Shown: in pieces, positions 17,945 through 26,921 of the stretch
Layout of the letters: each line of letters begins with the position of its first letter
Numbering within the stretch: the first letter of the stretch is position 1
Assembly: GCA_036393195.1 (NCBI GenBank)
Contig: DASVWN010000024.1
Location: forward strand, 6,880 to 70,879
DNA from: Gemmatimonadaceae bacterium
Lineage (GTDB): Bacteria; Gemmatimonadota; Gemmatimonadetes; Gemmatimonadales; Gemmatimonadaceae
DNA length: 64,000 bases
Direction: 5' to 3'
Notes under the pieces: generated by a model
Databases searched by the model: none
What the model saw: only the letters and a program-made list of their open reading frames with translations
What the model was told of the DNA's origin: nothing
Translations under genes and position numbers: made by a program

Positions 17945-18853
17945 ATGGCCGCCTTCTACGGTTCTGCGTTCATTCACACCCATGGCAAGCGACTCCCCGA
18001 TTCCCACGAGTACGTGACGCACGAGAGCTATGCCACCCTGGTCTCGCGTCTGGAGTCCGTGGCCGCGACGCACCCGACCAGGTATCGACTGCGCGTTGGT
18101 GCCCTCGCCGTGCTTGGCTACGCCTGCGTCGCGGCAATGATGCTTGGCCTGCTCGCGTTCCTGCCGCTGGATTTGGAAGAGCGTTTTCATATGGCCGACT
18201 GGACCGAGGATGTGTACGGAGCCGACGCGGCGCTTCCCCTCGTCACCGCACTTGTCCACGACGCGCCGCGACATGCATCGGGCTGCTTCATGCTCGGGCG
18301 ACTGCTGCTTGCCCGCAACGAGGAGTCCGGCATTGCATACCTCGAGCGCGCCATGCAGATCGATCCGGGCGCCACAGGCATGGCCGCCGCCGTGATCGCA
18401 GGCTACCTGCGGAATGTCGGACGCGTCCAGGAGGCGAGCGCATTCCAGGCAGAGGCGGACGCAGTCATCGCGGAGGCGGAAGCCGCCGACGCCGAGCGCC
18501 GCAGGGTTGGCCCTGGGGATCAGTTCGTGCCAGCCGATGTACAGGATTCTGATCGTGCACGTCTCGTCGAGCAGCTTGCGCGCTCGTCGGCCGTAGGCAG
18601 GGCATGGCTGGTCCGGAAGGTGACCCGCCATGCAGCCAAGCGTCCGTGCTACGTGCTGGGGATTGCTCGGGCGGAGCCATGGTGGCGCTTCGTGTCCGAT
18701 GGCTCGAACACATATCTCGTGCGGAAGCTTGTCGAGGAGCTGGATCTCCCGGGAGGGACGATTGTCTTCGTACTCACCCGCAAGCGACGCTGGTTGCGAC
18801 GTGCGCTGCGCCGCGTTTCGGGAGCCGAAGTATATCGTCGCCGCAATCGCTGA
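17945..18853 (+). CDS. hypothetical protein (one TM helix, TPR-like middle, basic C-terminus)
   Basis: ATG at 17945. Reasonable third-position GC. VGALAVLGYACVAAMMLGLLAFL helix. No catalytic motif recognised. The competing 400-aa antisense ORF looks artefactual. Confidence 0.45.
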   Translation: MAAFYGSAFIHTHGKRLPDSHEYVTHESYATLVSRLESVAATHPTRYRLRVGALAVLGYACVAAMMLGLLAFLPLDLEERFHMADWTEDVYGADAALPLVTALVHDAPRHASGCFMLGRLLLARNEESGIAYLERAMQIDPGATGMAAAVIAGYLRNVGRVQEASAFQAEADAVIAEAEAADAERRRVGPGDQFVPADVQDSDRARLVEQLARSSAVGRAWLVRKVTRHAAKRPCYVLGIARAEPWWRFVSDGSNTYLVRKLVEELDLPGGTIVFVLTRKRRWLRRALRRVSGAEVYRRRNR

Positions 18854-18888
18854 CGAGAACTGCATACGAATTGACACGGCACAGGCTC

Positions 18889-19464
18889 ATGCACGACCAA
18901 CTGAAGCAACGTCTTGCGATCATTGCCCAGTTCATGGTCAGACGATCGCAGGCGTCGTACAAACCCGTTCAGGTAGCAGCCGCCATTCTCGTGGGTTCGT
19001 CCCTCGAGCTGGGGCTTGTCCCACTCGTGCTTATCGTTGGCGGAAGGCATGCTGATACCATGCTGCACCTCGGCGCGCTCATGCAGCACGGCGCGTCACG
19101 CCTGTCGGCCATGGCGTGCTTCGCCGTCGGCATTCCCTGGCTTGCGAGCTCCATCTACTGGCAGCATCGCCGCGGTGATGGTACGCCCTTCCCGCTCCTT
19201 CCGACCAGGCGACTGCTGACGGATGGACCGTACCGCTATTGCAGAAACCCCATGGCGCTGGGGGCCGTGTTCTGGCTGGCGGGTTGGGCGATCCTGGCCA
19301 ACAGCCCCGCTGCCATCTTCGGCGGCGTGAGTGTGTTCGCGGCGAGCATCTTCACGTATCACAAGCTCATTGAAGAGACCGAGCTCGAGGCGCGCTTCGG
19401 GGAACGCTACAGAGAATACCGGAAGCGCACGCCATTCCTGCTTCCGTGGCGACAGAAGACCTGA
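18889..19464 (+). CDS. isoprenylcysteine carboxyl methyltransferase / PEMT-like membrane methyltransferase
   Basis: ATG at 18889 (MHDQLKQRL...). C-terminal signature LLTDGPYRYCRNPMALGAVFWLAGWAI...EETELEARFGERYREYRKRTPFLLPW. Confidence 0.7.
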   Translation: MHDQLKQRLAIIAQFMVRRSQASYKPVQVAAAILVGSSLELGLVPLVLIVGGRHADTMLHLGALMQHGASRLSAMACFAVGIPWLASSIYWQHRRGDGTPFPLLPTRRLLTDGPYRYCRNPMALGAVFWLAGWAILANSPAAIFGGVSVFAASIFTYHKLIEETELEARFGERYREYRKRTPFLLPWRQKT

Positions 19465-19478
19465 CGCGGGGCTTCACG

Positions 19479-20342
19479 TCATCGCGACGCGTCCATGAAG
19501 TCACGGACGAGTGCGGCGATCTCATTCGCCGCCGTGTCCAACGCGAAGTGTCCGGCATCGAGCACGTGCACCTGAGCGTTCGGCACGTCCCGGCGATAGG
19601 CCTCCGGCTCCGAACTGTCGAATGACATGTCGTGTCTGCCCCAGATCACCAGCAGGCGCGGTTGCGTCGCGCGCATCCAGGCCTGCCACCGCGGATAGGC
19701 CTCGACGTTCGTGCGATAGTCATAGAACAGGTCGCTCTGAATGTCGGTCTGCCCAGGCTGATTGAGAAACGCAAACTCATCGGTCCAGAGATCGGGATCG
19801 TAACGCTCCACATTGGGATCGTTCCCGACGTGGCGCGTCCGCGTGGTCGCCAGCGAGAGGAGGTTCGTACGCAGCACATTCTCGTTGGCGGCGCGATCGG
19901 CCCAGAAGGCGCGCCGCGCCTTCCAATTCGGCCCCAACCCTTCGTTGTGCGCCACCGCGTTCTGGACGATGAGCCCTTCGATCCGGTCCGGATGCATGAG
20001 CGCCAGGCGAAATCCCACCGGGCCGCCGTAATCCTGCATGTACAGTGTGAAGCGCGTGAGCCCGAGCGAGTCGGTGAAACTGTTCACGATGTCGGCGCAG
20101 TGATCGAACGTGTACGCGAACTGGCGCGGGTCCGGCCAGTCGCTGTGACCGAATCCCGGATAGTCCGGCGCCACCAGGTGATAGCGATCGGCAAGCCGCG
20201 TGAAGAGCGACTCGAACATGCGCGACGACGAGGGAAGACCGTGCAACAAGAGGAGCACCGGTGCATCTACCGGCCCCGCTTCCCGGTAAAAAATGGATAG
20301 CTCGTTGATCCGGGTCGTGCGATACACAGTCGCTTGCGGCAT
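19479..20342 (-). CDS. alpha/beta hydrolase (epoxide hydrolase / haloalkane dehalogenase-like fold)
   Basis: 287 aa. LLLLHGLPSSSRMF oxyanion region, APDYPGFGHS, nucleophile region MQDYGGPVG, C-terminal DAGHFA. Confidence 0.85.
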   Translation of the reverse strand: MPQATVYRTTRINELSIFYREAGPVDAPVLLLLHGLPSSSRMFESLFTRLADRYHLVAPDYPGFGHSDWPDPRQFAYTFDHCADIVNSFTDSLGLTRFTLYMQDYGGPVGFRLALMHPDRIEGLIVQNAVAHNEGLGPNWKARRAFWADRAANENVLRTNLLSLATTRTRHVGNDPNVERYDPDLWTDEFAFLNQPGQTDIQSDLFYDYRTNVEAYPRWQAWMRATQPRLLVIWGRHDMSFDSSEPEAYRRDVPNAQVHVLDAGHFALDTAANEIAALVRDFMDASR

Positions 20343-20451
20343 TGCAGTGCTCTCCCCCCAAACACGGTGTCCAGAACAAACGCCGACGCACCGTGGAAGT
20401 TCCCGCGCATCGTGATTGGCACCGCGATGATGAAAATCGTGAAATCAATGG

Positions 20452-20483
20452 CGGCGTCACGCGCTCGTGACGCCGAATTTTTT
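20452..20483 (+). terminator. intrinsic-terminator-like hairpin plus T-tract inside the 5' leader of the RND operon
   Basis: CGGCGTCACG cgct CGTGACGCCG (10-bp perfect stem, 4-nt loop) followed by AATTTTTTG. The T-run is exceptional in this GC-rich window. It lies 134 nt before the adaptor-gene ATG. Confidence 0.5.
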
Positions 20484-20616
20484 GCCTGCCTGTCGATTTC
20501 GCGCCCGCTCGTTCGACTATGAACAGGGAGCAGCAGTGCGCTCTCGATCGGCCCGGGAACGATTCGCAACCACACGTCGTTTGGCCCATCAACACATAAC
20601 GAAGGGCAGGACAAGT

Positions 20617-21840
20617 ATGCTGAACGAAACCGCATCGCACACGTCGCGATCGCGACGTGGATGGATCGTCGCTGGATCGGCGGCTGTGATACTGGCCACA
20701 CTCGCCGCGGGCCGCGTGGTTACGGCGCGCGGGGATCCGGCACCGGCGCCGCCGCCGCTGCCGGATGTTACCGTGGCCGCGGCCATCGGCCGTGAGGTCA
20801 CGGATTGGGATGAATTCACCGGACATCTCGAGTCCGTGGACATGGTGGAGGTTCGGCCGCGCGTTTCCGGTTTTGTCGAGCGCGTGGCGTTCACCGAGGG
20901 CGCCGAAGTCCACAAGGGTGATGTGCTCTTCGTGATCGACCCGCGGCCCTACGAAGCCGAGGTCGAGCGCGCGAAGGCGAACCTCGCAGAGACAGAGACG
21001 CGGCTCGCGCTGGCGCGCACGGAGGTCGCTCGTGCACAGCGGCTCGTTGCGGCACAGGCGATTTCCCGTCAGGAATTCGATGAGCGCACGAGTGCCAGCG
21101 CCGAAGGAGGCGCAAGCGTGCAGGCGGCGCGGGCGGCGCTTCGTACCGCGCAGCTCAATCTGGAGTGGACGACCGTGCGTGCGCCCATCTCCGGTCGGGT
21201 GGGTCGCGCCCAGGTGACGCCCGGGAACCTCGTGCAGGCCGGCGTCTCCAACGCGCCGCCGCTCACCACCGTGGTCTCGCTCGATCCGATCTACGTCTCC
21301 TTCGAGGGTGATGAGGCGACGTACCTCAAGGACCTGGGTCTCGCACCGTCGGCCCGCGCGCGCGGCGGCGCGCACGCGGCGCAGCGCACCGTGTACATGG
21401 GACTGGCCGACGAAGCGGGCTACCCGCACAAGGGGCACATCGATTTCGTGGACAACCGGCTCGATCCCGTGGCCGGAACGATCCGCGCGCGCGCGGTGTT
21501 CGCGAACCCCGATCACCGGCTGACGCCAGGGCTGTTCGCCCGCATCAAGCTGATCGGCAGTCATACCTATGCGGCGACGCTCATCCGCGACGACGCGGTG
21601 GGCACGGACCAGGACAGAAAATTCGTCTTCGTGCTCAAGCCTGACAACACGGTGGACTATCGCGCCATCACGCTCGGTCCGCTGAGCGACGGACTGCGCG
21701 TCGTCAAACAGGGGCTCAAGCCCGGCGAACGCGTCGTCGTCAACGGTCTGCAGCGCGTGCGCGCTGGCGTGAAGGTTCACGCGGCGCTCGCGCCGATGGT
21801 GCCTGACACACTGGACCACGCTGCTCCGTCGTCGCTCTGA
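20617..21840 (+). CDS. RND efflux periplasmic adaptor (membrane fusion protein, AcrA/MexA family)
   Basis: ATG at 20617. TM anchor WIVAGSAAVILATLAAG. Coiled-coil hairpin (RAKANLAETETRLALARTEVARAQRL...) and beta-barrel motifs (RAPISGRVGRAQVTPGNLV). Confidence 0.85.
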   Translation: MLNETASHTSRSRRGWIVAGSAAVILATLAAGRVVTARGDPAPAPPPLPDVTVAAAIGREVTDWDEFTGHLESVDMVEVRPRVSGFVERVAFTEGAEVHKGDVLFVIDPRPYEAEVERAKANLAETETRLALARTEVARAQRLVAAQAISRQEFDERTSASAEGGASVQAARAALRTAQLNLEWTTVRAPISGRVGRAQVTPGNLVQAGVSNAPPLTTVVSLDPIYVSFEGDEATYLKDLGLAPSARARGGAHAAQRTVYMGLADEAGYPHKGHIDFVDNRLDPVAGTIRARAVFANPDHRLTPGLFARIKLIGSHTYAATLIRDDAVGTDQDRKFVFVLKPDNTVDYRAITLGPLSDGLRVVKQGLKPGERVVVNGLQRVRAGVKVHAALAPMVPDTLDHAAPSSL

Positions 21841-21884
21841 GCGGCCACACCTTCGCATACCCGAAGCATCAGGGAGTACAGGCA

Positions 21885-24800
21885 ATGCGCTTCTCGCGCT
21901 TCTTCATCGATCGCCCGATCTTCGCCGCCGTTCTGTCGATCATCGTACTCACGGCGGGTCTGCTGGCGATCGTCAATCTGCCGGTGAGCGAGTATCCGGA
22001 AGTGGTGCCGCCCACCATCGCGGTTCGCGCCGCGTATCCCGGCGCCAATCCCACGGTGCTTGCCCAGACCGTGGGAACGCCGCTCGAAGAAAGCATCAAT
22101 GGCGTGGACAACATGCTGTACATGTCCTCGCAGGCGACGGCCGACGGCGTGCTCAATCTCACGGTGACGTTCAAGATCGGTACCGACGTGGATCTGGCGC
22201 AGGTGCAGGTGCAGAACCGCGTCAATCAGGCGCTGCCGCGACTGCCCGAGGAAGTGCGCCAGCTCGGCGTTACCACGCAGAAGCAATCGCCGGACCTCAC
22301 CATGGTCGTGCACCTCGTGTCGCCCGACGGTCGCTACGACCCGGTGTACCTGCGCAACTACGCGGTGCTTCAGGTGAAGGACCAGTTGCAACGCATTCCC
22401 GGCGTCGGGCAGGTGATCGTGTTCGGCTCCGGCGACTACGCCATGCGCGTCTGGCTCGACCCCGACAAGGTGGCGGCTCGTGATCTGTCGGCCAGCGACG
22501 TCGTGAACGCCATCCGGGAGCAGAACCTCCAGGTGGCCGCCGGCGTCGTGGGCGCGCCGCCCATGCCGAACCCGGTGGCGTACGAGCTCACCGTGAACGC
22601 GCGCGGTCGTCTCGTCAATGAAAAGGAATTCGGCGACATCATCGTGAAGACGGGCGACAACGGTGAAATCACGCGGCTGCGCGACGTCGCGCGCATCCAG
22701 CTCGCCGCGGGCGACTACGGCATGCAGTCGCTGCTCGACAACAAGCCGGCGGTGGCGCTCGCGATCTTCCAGGCGCCGGGCTCCAACGCGCTCGCCCTGT
22801 CGCATGACGTGCGCGCCAAGATGGCGGACCTCAAGACCGTCTTCCCGCAGGGTGTGAACTACTCGATCGTCTACGACCCGACCGTGTTCGTGCGGGATTC
22901 CATCCACGAGGTGATCAAGACGCTGCTCGAGGCCACGCTGCTCGTGGTCATCGTGGTGGTGGTGTTCCTCCAGACGTGGCGCGCGTCGGTGATTCCGCTT
23001 GCGTCCGTGCCGATCTCCATCGTTGGCACCTTCGCGATCATGCTCGCCGCCGGCTTTTCGATCAACACCTTGTCCCTGTTCGGACTGGTGCTGGCGATCG
23101 GCATTGTCGTTGACGACGCGATCGTCGTCGTGGAGAACGTGGAACGACACATCGAGCTCGGACTCTCGCCACGCGAGGCAAGTCACAAGGCCATGGAAGA
23201 AGTGAGCGGACCGATCATCGCGATCGCGCTCGTGCTCTGCGCGGTGTTCGTGCCGGTGGCATTCATCAGTGGCCTCACGGGGCAGTTCTACAAGCAGTTC
23301 GCGCTCACGATCGCGTTCTCCACGCTCATCTCGGCGTTCAATTCGCTCACGCTCTCGCCGGCGCTGTCGGCGATCCTGCTCAAGCCGCACGGCGCGCCGC
23401 CCGATCGCCTCACGCGAGTGCTCGAGCGGCTCTTCGGCTGGGTATTCCATCCGTTCAACCGCGCGTTCTCAACCGGGTCGCGCCGGTACGCGAATGCGGT
23501 CACACGGCTCATCGGCCGGAGCGCGCTTCCACTTGTCGTGTACGCAGGTCTGATCGCGATCACCCTCATCGGATTCAAGCGCGTGCCGCCGGGCTTCGTG
23601 CCCACGCAAGACAAGCAATACGTGGTTGCCTACGCGCAACTGCCGGATGCCGCCTCGCTCGATCGGACGCAGGCAGTGATCAAGCGCCTCTCCGCGATCG
23701 CGAGCAGCCAGCCGGGCGTGCAGTCCACCGTCGCGTTCCCGGGCCTCTCCATCAACGGATTCGTCAACAAGCCGAACGCGGGAACGGTGTTCATCGGCCT
23801 CAAGCCTTTTGATGAACGCAAGGGCAAGGACCAGAGCGGCGCGGCCATCGTCCAGGCGCTCAATCAGAAATTCGGCGCGATTCAGGATGCCTTCATCGCG
23901 GTGTTTCCGCCGCCGGCGGTGAACGGACTCGGCGCCGTGGGCGGATTCAAGCTGGAGCTGGAGGATCGCGCCGGTGTCGGCCAGAAAGCGCTCTACGATG
24001 CCGCGCAGGCGCTCGCGGCCCGCGCCAATCAGACCGGGCAGTTCTCCGGTGTGTACAGCAGCTATCAGATCAATGTGCCGCAGCTCTTCGCCGACGTGGA
24101 TCGCGACCGGGTGAAGCAGCAGGGCGTGGAGCTCAGCGACCTGTTCCAGACGCTGCAGATCTACCTCGGCTCCGTGTACGTGAACGATTTCAACCGCTTC
24201 GGCCGCACGTATCAGGTAATGGCGCAGGCCGACGCGCCCTACCGCGCGACAGCGGAAGACATCGGACAGCTCAAGGTCAGGAACGCGCACGGCGAGATGG
24301 TGCCGTTGGGCTCGCTGCTCAGCGTGAAGCAGTCGTACGGGCCGGATCAGGTGATGCACTACAACGCGTACCCGTCGGCCGACATCAACGGCGGGCCGGC
24401 GCCCGGCGTGAGCTCGGGCCAGGCCGTCGCGACTATGGAACGTCTTGCGTCGGAGTCGCTGCCCAACGGGATCGGCTACGAGTGGACGGAGCTCACGTAC
24501 CAGCAGATCCTCGCCGGCAACACCGCCATTCTCGTGTTTCCGCTCTGCGTGCTGCTCGCCTTCCTCGTGCTGGCCGCGCAGTACGAAAGCTGGTCGCTGC
24601 CGCTCGTGGTGATCCTCATCGTGCCGATGTGCCTGTTCTCGGCCATCATGGGCGTGTGGCTGAGTCATGGCGACAACAATGTGTTCACGCAGATCGGGCT
24701 GCTCGTACTGGTCGGCCTCGCCTGCAAGAACGCCATCCTGATCGTCGAGTTCGCGCGCGATCTGGAACAGAAGGGACATGACCCGGTGCATGCGGCGCTC

Positions 24801-25109
24801 GAAGCTTGCCGCATCCGGTTACGGCCGATTCTCATGACGTCGTTCGCGTTCATCATGGGCGTGGTGCCGCTCGTACTGGCGGCGGGCGCCGGCGCCGAGA
24901 TGCGTCACGCGATGGGCGTGGCGGTGTTCTCCGGCATGCTCGGCGTGACGTTCTTCGGACTTCTTCTCACACCTGTGTTCTACGTCGTGGTGCGCGGACT
25001 CGTTCGTCGCCGCGCAGCTGCGCCGAGCGTGCGTCCCGCGGCTGTCGGTGTTCTTTCGCCGCACACGGGATCATTCGCCGCGCCGACGGATGGAGGCATC
25101 AATGCATAG
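21885..25109 (+). CDS. RND multidrug efflux permease (HAE1, AcrB/MexB family)
   Basis: 1074 aa. MRFSRFFIDRPIFAAVLSIIV N-terminus. 12-TM / two large periplasmic loop layout. Conserved VVDDAIVVVENVERH. Confidence 0.95.
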   Translation: MRFSRFFIDRPIFAAVLSIIVLTAGLLAIVNLPVSEYPEVVPPTIAVRAAYPGANPTVLAQTVGTPLEESINGVDNMLYMSSQATADGVLNLTVTFKIGTDVDLAQVQVQNRVNQALPRLPEEVRQLGVTTQKQSPDLTMVVHLVSPDGRYDPVYLRNYAVLQVKDQLQRIPGVGQVIVFGSGDYAMRVWLDPDKVAARDLSASDVVNAIREQNLQVAAGVVGAPPMPNPVAYELTVNARGRLVNEKEFGDIIVKTGDNGEITRLRDVARIQLAAGDYGMQSLLDNKPAVALAIFQAPGSNALALSHDVRAKMADLKTVFPQGVNYSIVYDPTVFVRDSIHEVIKTLLEATLLVVIVVVVFLQTWRASVIPLASVPISIVGTFAIMLAAGFSINTLSLFGLVLAIGIVVDDAIVVVENVERHIELGLSPREASHKAMEEVSGPIIAIALVLCAVFVPVAFISGLTGQFYKQFALTIAFSTLISAFNSLTLSPALSAILLKPHGAPPDRLTRVLERLFGWVFHPFNRAFSTGSRRYANAVTRLIGRSALPLVVYAGLIAITLIGFKRVPPGFVPTQDKQYVVAYAQLPDAASLDRTQAVIKRLSAIASSQPGVQSTVAFPGLSINGFVNKPNAGTVFIGLKPFDERKGKDQSGAAIVQALNQKFGAIQDAFIAVFPPPAVNGLGAVGGFKLELEDRAGVGQKALYDAAQALAARANQTGQFSGVYSSYQINVPQLFADVDRDRVKQQGVELSDLFQTLQIYLGSVYVNDFNRFGRTYQVMAQADAPYRATAEDIGQLKVRNAHGEMVPLGSLLSVKQSYGPDQVMHYNAYPSADINGGPAPGVSSGQAVATMERLASESLPNGIGYEWTELTYQQILAGNTAILVFPLCVLLAFLVLAAQYESWSLPLVVILIVPMCLFSAIMGVWLSHGDNNVFTQIGLLVLVGLACKNAILIVEFARDLEQKGHDPVHAALEACRIRLRPILMTSFAFIMGVVPLVLAAGAGAEMRHAMGVAVFSGMLGVTFFGLLLTPVFYVVVRGLVRRRAAAPSVRPAAVGVLSPHTGSFAAPTDGGINA

Positions 25110-26667
25110 ACTGTCACGGATGCTCGCCGCGGGCGCGCTGTTCGCCGTCGCCGCGTGCGTGAGCTCGCCCAGGTATCAGCCGCCCACGGTCGTCGTGGCG
25201 CCGGCGTTCCGGGCGCTGGCTGACTCGGCATCCACCGCGCTCGTGGTGTCGCGCGACTCCACCACGGCGCCCCTGCCGCTGGCCGGCGCCGCGCCGGGCG
25301 CGAGCGTTCCGGTCGTCGCCGATTCGATCGTGCCGCCTCACGATGGCGCGGACAGCGTGCCTGTCGCGATACCGGTTCGCGGATCGCTGAGCGCCGAGCC
25401 GCCCGATACCTCCTTCTGGGTTGGCCTTGGCGACAGTACACTCCTGGCGCTCGTGAGTGAGGCGGTGCGCGCAAGTCCCGATGTGCATGCGGCGCAATCG
25501 CGTCTGCTCGCGGCGCGCTCCTCACGACGGCTGTCGGCGCTCGATTTGGCGCCGACGGTCACGGCCGATGCGAGCGTCGCCCGGCAGCAACTGTCGGCCG
25601 CGCAGTTCCCGGGCACCACGGGTGTGCTGCCGCGACAGGACCTCTGGGATGCGGGATTCGATGCGTCGTGGGAGCTGGACATTTTCGGTCGTGTGAGCCG
25701 CACCGTGCGCGCCGGACGCGCGCTCGAGGAGTCGGCGACGGACGAGGTTCGCGATGCCCAACTCAGTCTCGCGGCGGAGGTGGCGCGAACGTACTTCGAG
25801 CTGCGCGGTGCGCAGAGTGAGCTCGCCGTCGCCAACCGGAACGCCGCCAATCAGCGCCGCACGATGCAGCTCACCGAGCGGCGTCTCTCGGCTGGGAGCG
25901 GTACCGCATTCGATGTGGAGCGCGCGCGCGCCGAGCTGAATCTCACACTGGCGGCCACACCGGACATCGAATCGCGCATCGCGGCGAGTCGCTACCGGAT
26001 CGCGGTACTGCTGGGGCGTTCACCGGAGAACCTGCCGCCGGCGCTCCTCACTGTGGCCGATCTGCCGCCGCTGCCTGACACCGTGCGTGTCGGCTCGCCG
26101 GCTGATCTCGTGCGCCGGCGGCCGGACGTGCTGAGCGCCGAGCGGCAACTGGCGGCGCAGACGATGCTCGTTGGAGCGGCGCAGGCCGAGTATCTGCCGC
26201 GTGTCAGTCTTGCGGGGAGTGTCGGGTATACGTCGCCGACCTTCGACGCGCTGGGGAACACCGGTACGCCGCGTTACTTCATTGGCCCGGTGCTGTCGTG
26301 GCCGTTCCTGGATCTGGGCCGCGTGAAGATGCGCGCCGATGTCGCGCGAGCCAATGCGGACGAGGCGCGTGCGCGGTACACATCCGCGGTGCTGGGCGCG
26401 ATCGGTGAGGCCGAGACCGCCATCGTCTCATACGATCGCTCGCGGGCGCGTCTGGGCAGTCTGAGCGAGGCCGTGCGCGCCAGTACGCGCGCGCTCGACC
26501 TTGCCCAACTCCGCTACGAAGCTGGCGAAACCGACTTTCTGCAGGTGCTGGACGCGCAGCGGACGCTGCTGAGCGCGGAGAGCGAGCTGGCAACGGGACG
26601 CACGAGCGCGGCAACGGCGCTCGTGGCAGTGTACAAGGCGGTGGGCGGGTCGTGGCCGAGCCGGTGA
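25102..26667 (+). CDS. efflux outer-membrane factor lipoprotein (NodT/OprM family)
   Basis: The ATG at 25102 overlaps the permease stop (ATGCATAG). Lipobox LFAVAAC. Duplicated coiled-coil/beta-barrel repeat typical of OMFs. Confidence 0.9.
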   Translation: MHRLSRMLAAGALFAVAACVSSPRYQPPTVVVAPAFRALADSASTALVVSRDSTTAPLPLAGAAPGASVPVVADSIVPPHDGADSVPVAIPVRGSLSAEPPDTSFWVGLGDSTLLALVSEAVRASPDVHAAQSRLLAARSSRRLSALDLAPTVTADASVARQQLSAAQFPGTTGVLPRQDLWDAGFDASWELDIFGRVSRTVRAGRALEESATDEVRDAQLSLAAEVARTYFELRGAQSELAVANRNAANQRRTMQLTERRLSAGSGTAFDVERARAELNLTLAATPDIESRIAASRYRIAVLLGRSPENLPPALLTVADLPPLPDTVRVGSPADLVRRRPDVLSAERQLAAQTMLVGAAQAEYLPRVSLAGSVGYTSPTFDALGNTGTPRYFIGPVLSWPFLDLGRVKMRADVARANADEARARYTSAVLGAIGEAETAIVSYDRSRARLGSLSEAVRASTRALDLAQLRYEAGETDFLQVLDAQRTLLSAESELATGRTSAATALVAVYKAVGGSWPSR

Positions 26668-26774
26668 CCGTTCCGTCGCGCGATTGCTCCGATCTCGAAG
26701 AGGAGACTTGCTGCTCTCAGCACACCTGCTCCGCGAACGCAATCGCCCTGGCGCGAAAGCTGTAGAGGTGCTGC

Positions 26775-26921
26775 ATGCGTAAACTCACGACCCGCGCGTG
26801 CGATCCGGTCGAACACCTGAACGCGCCTGAACGCATCGCAGGCTATCTGGACGCCGCGCTCGAAGACGGTGATCCCGCGATCGTGACCGCCGTTGTTCCG
26901 AGTGGCGTCATCGTCACCTGA
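26775..26921 (+). pseudogene. N-terminal remnant of an addiction-module antidote (HigA-type, TIGR02684-like) gene
   Basis: 48-codon ORF MRKLTTRACDPVEHLNAPERIAGYLDAALEDGDPAIVTAVV.... It matches the characteristic start of these antitoxins (..DxAEYLDSxExIAAYLxAALEDGDPALIAAAL..) and then loses similarity. No HTH part. It overlaps the 3' end of the convergent GH38-like gene. Confidence 0.4.
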
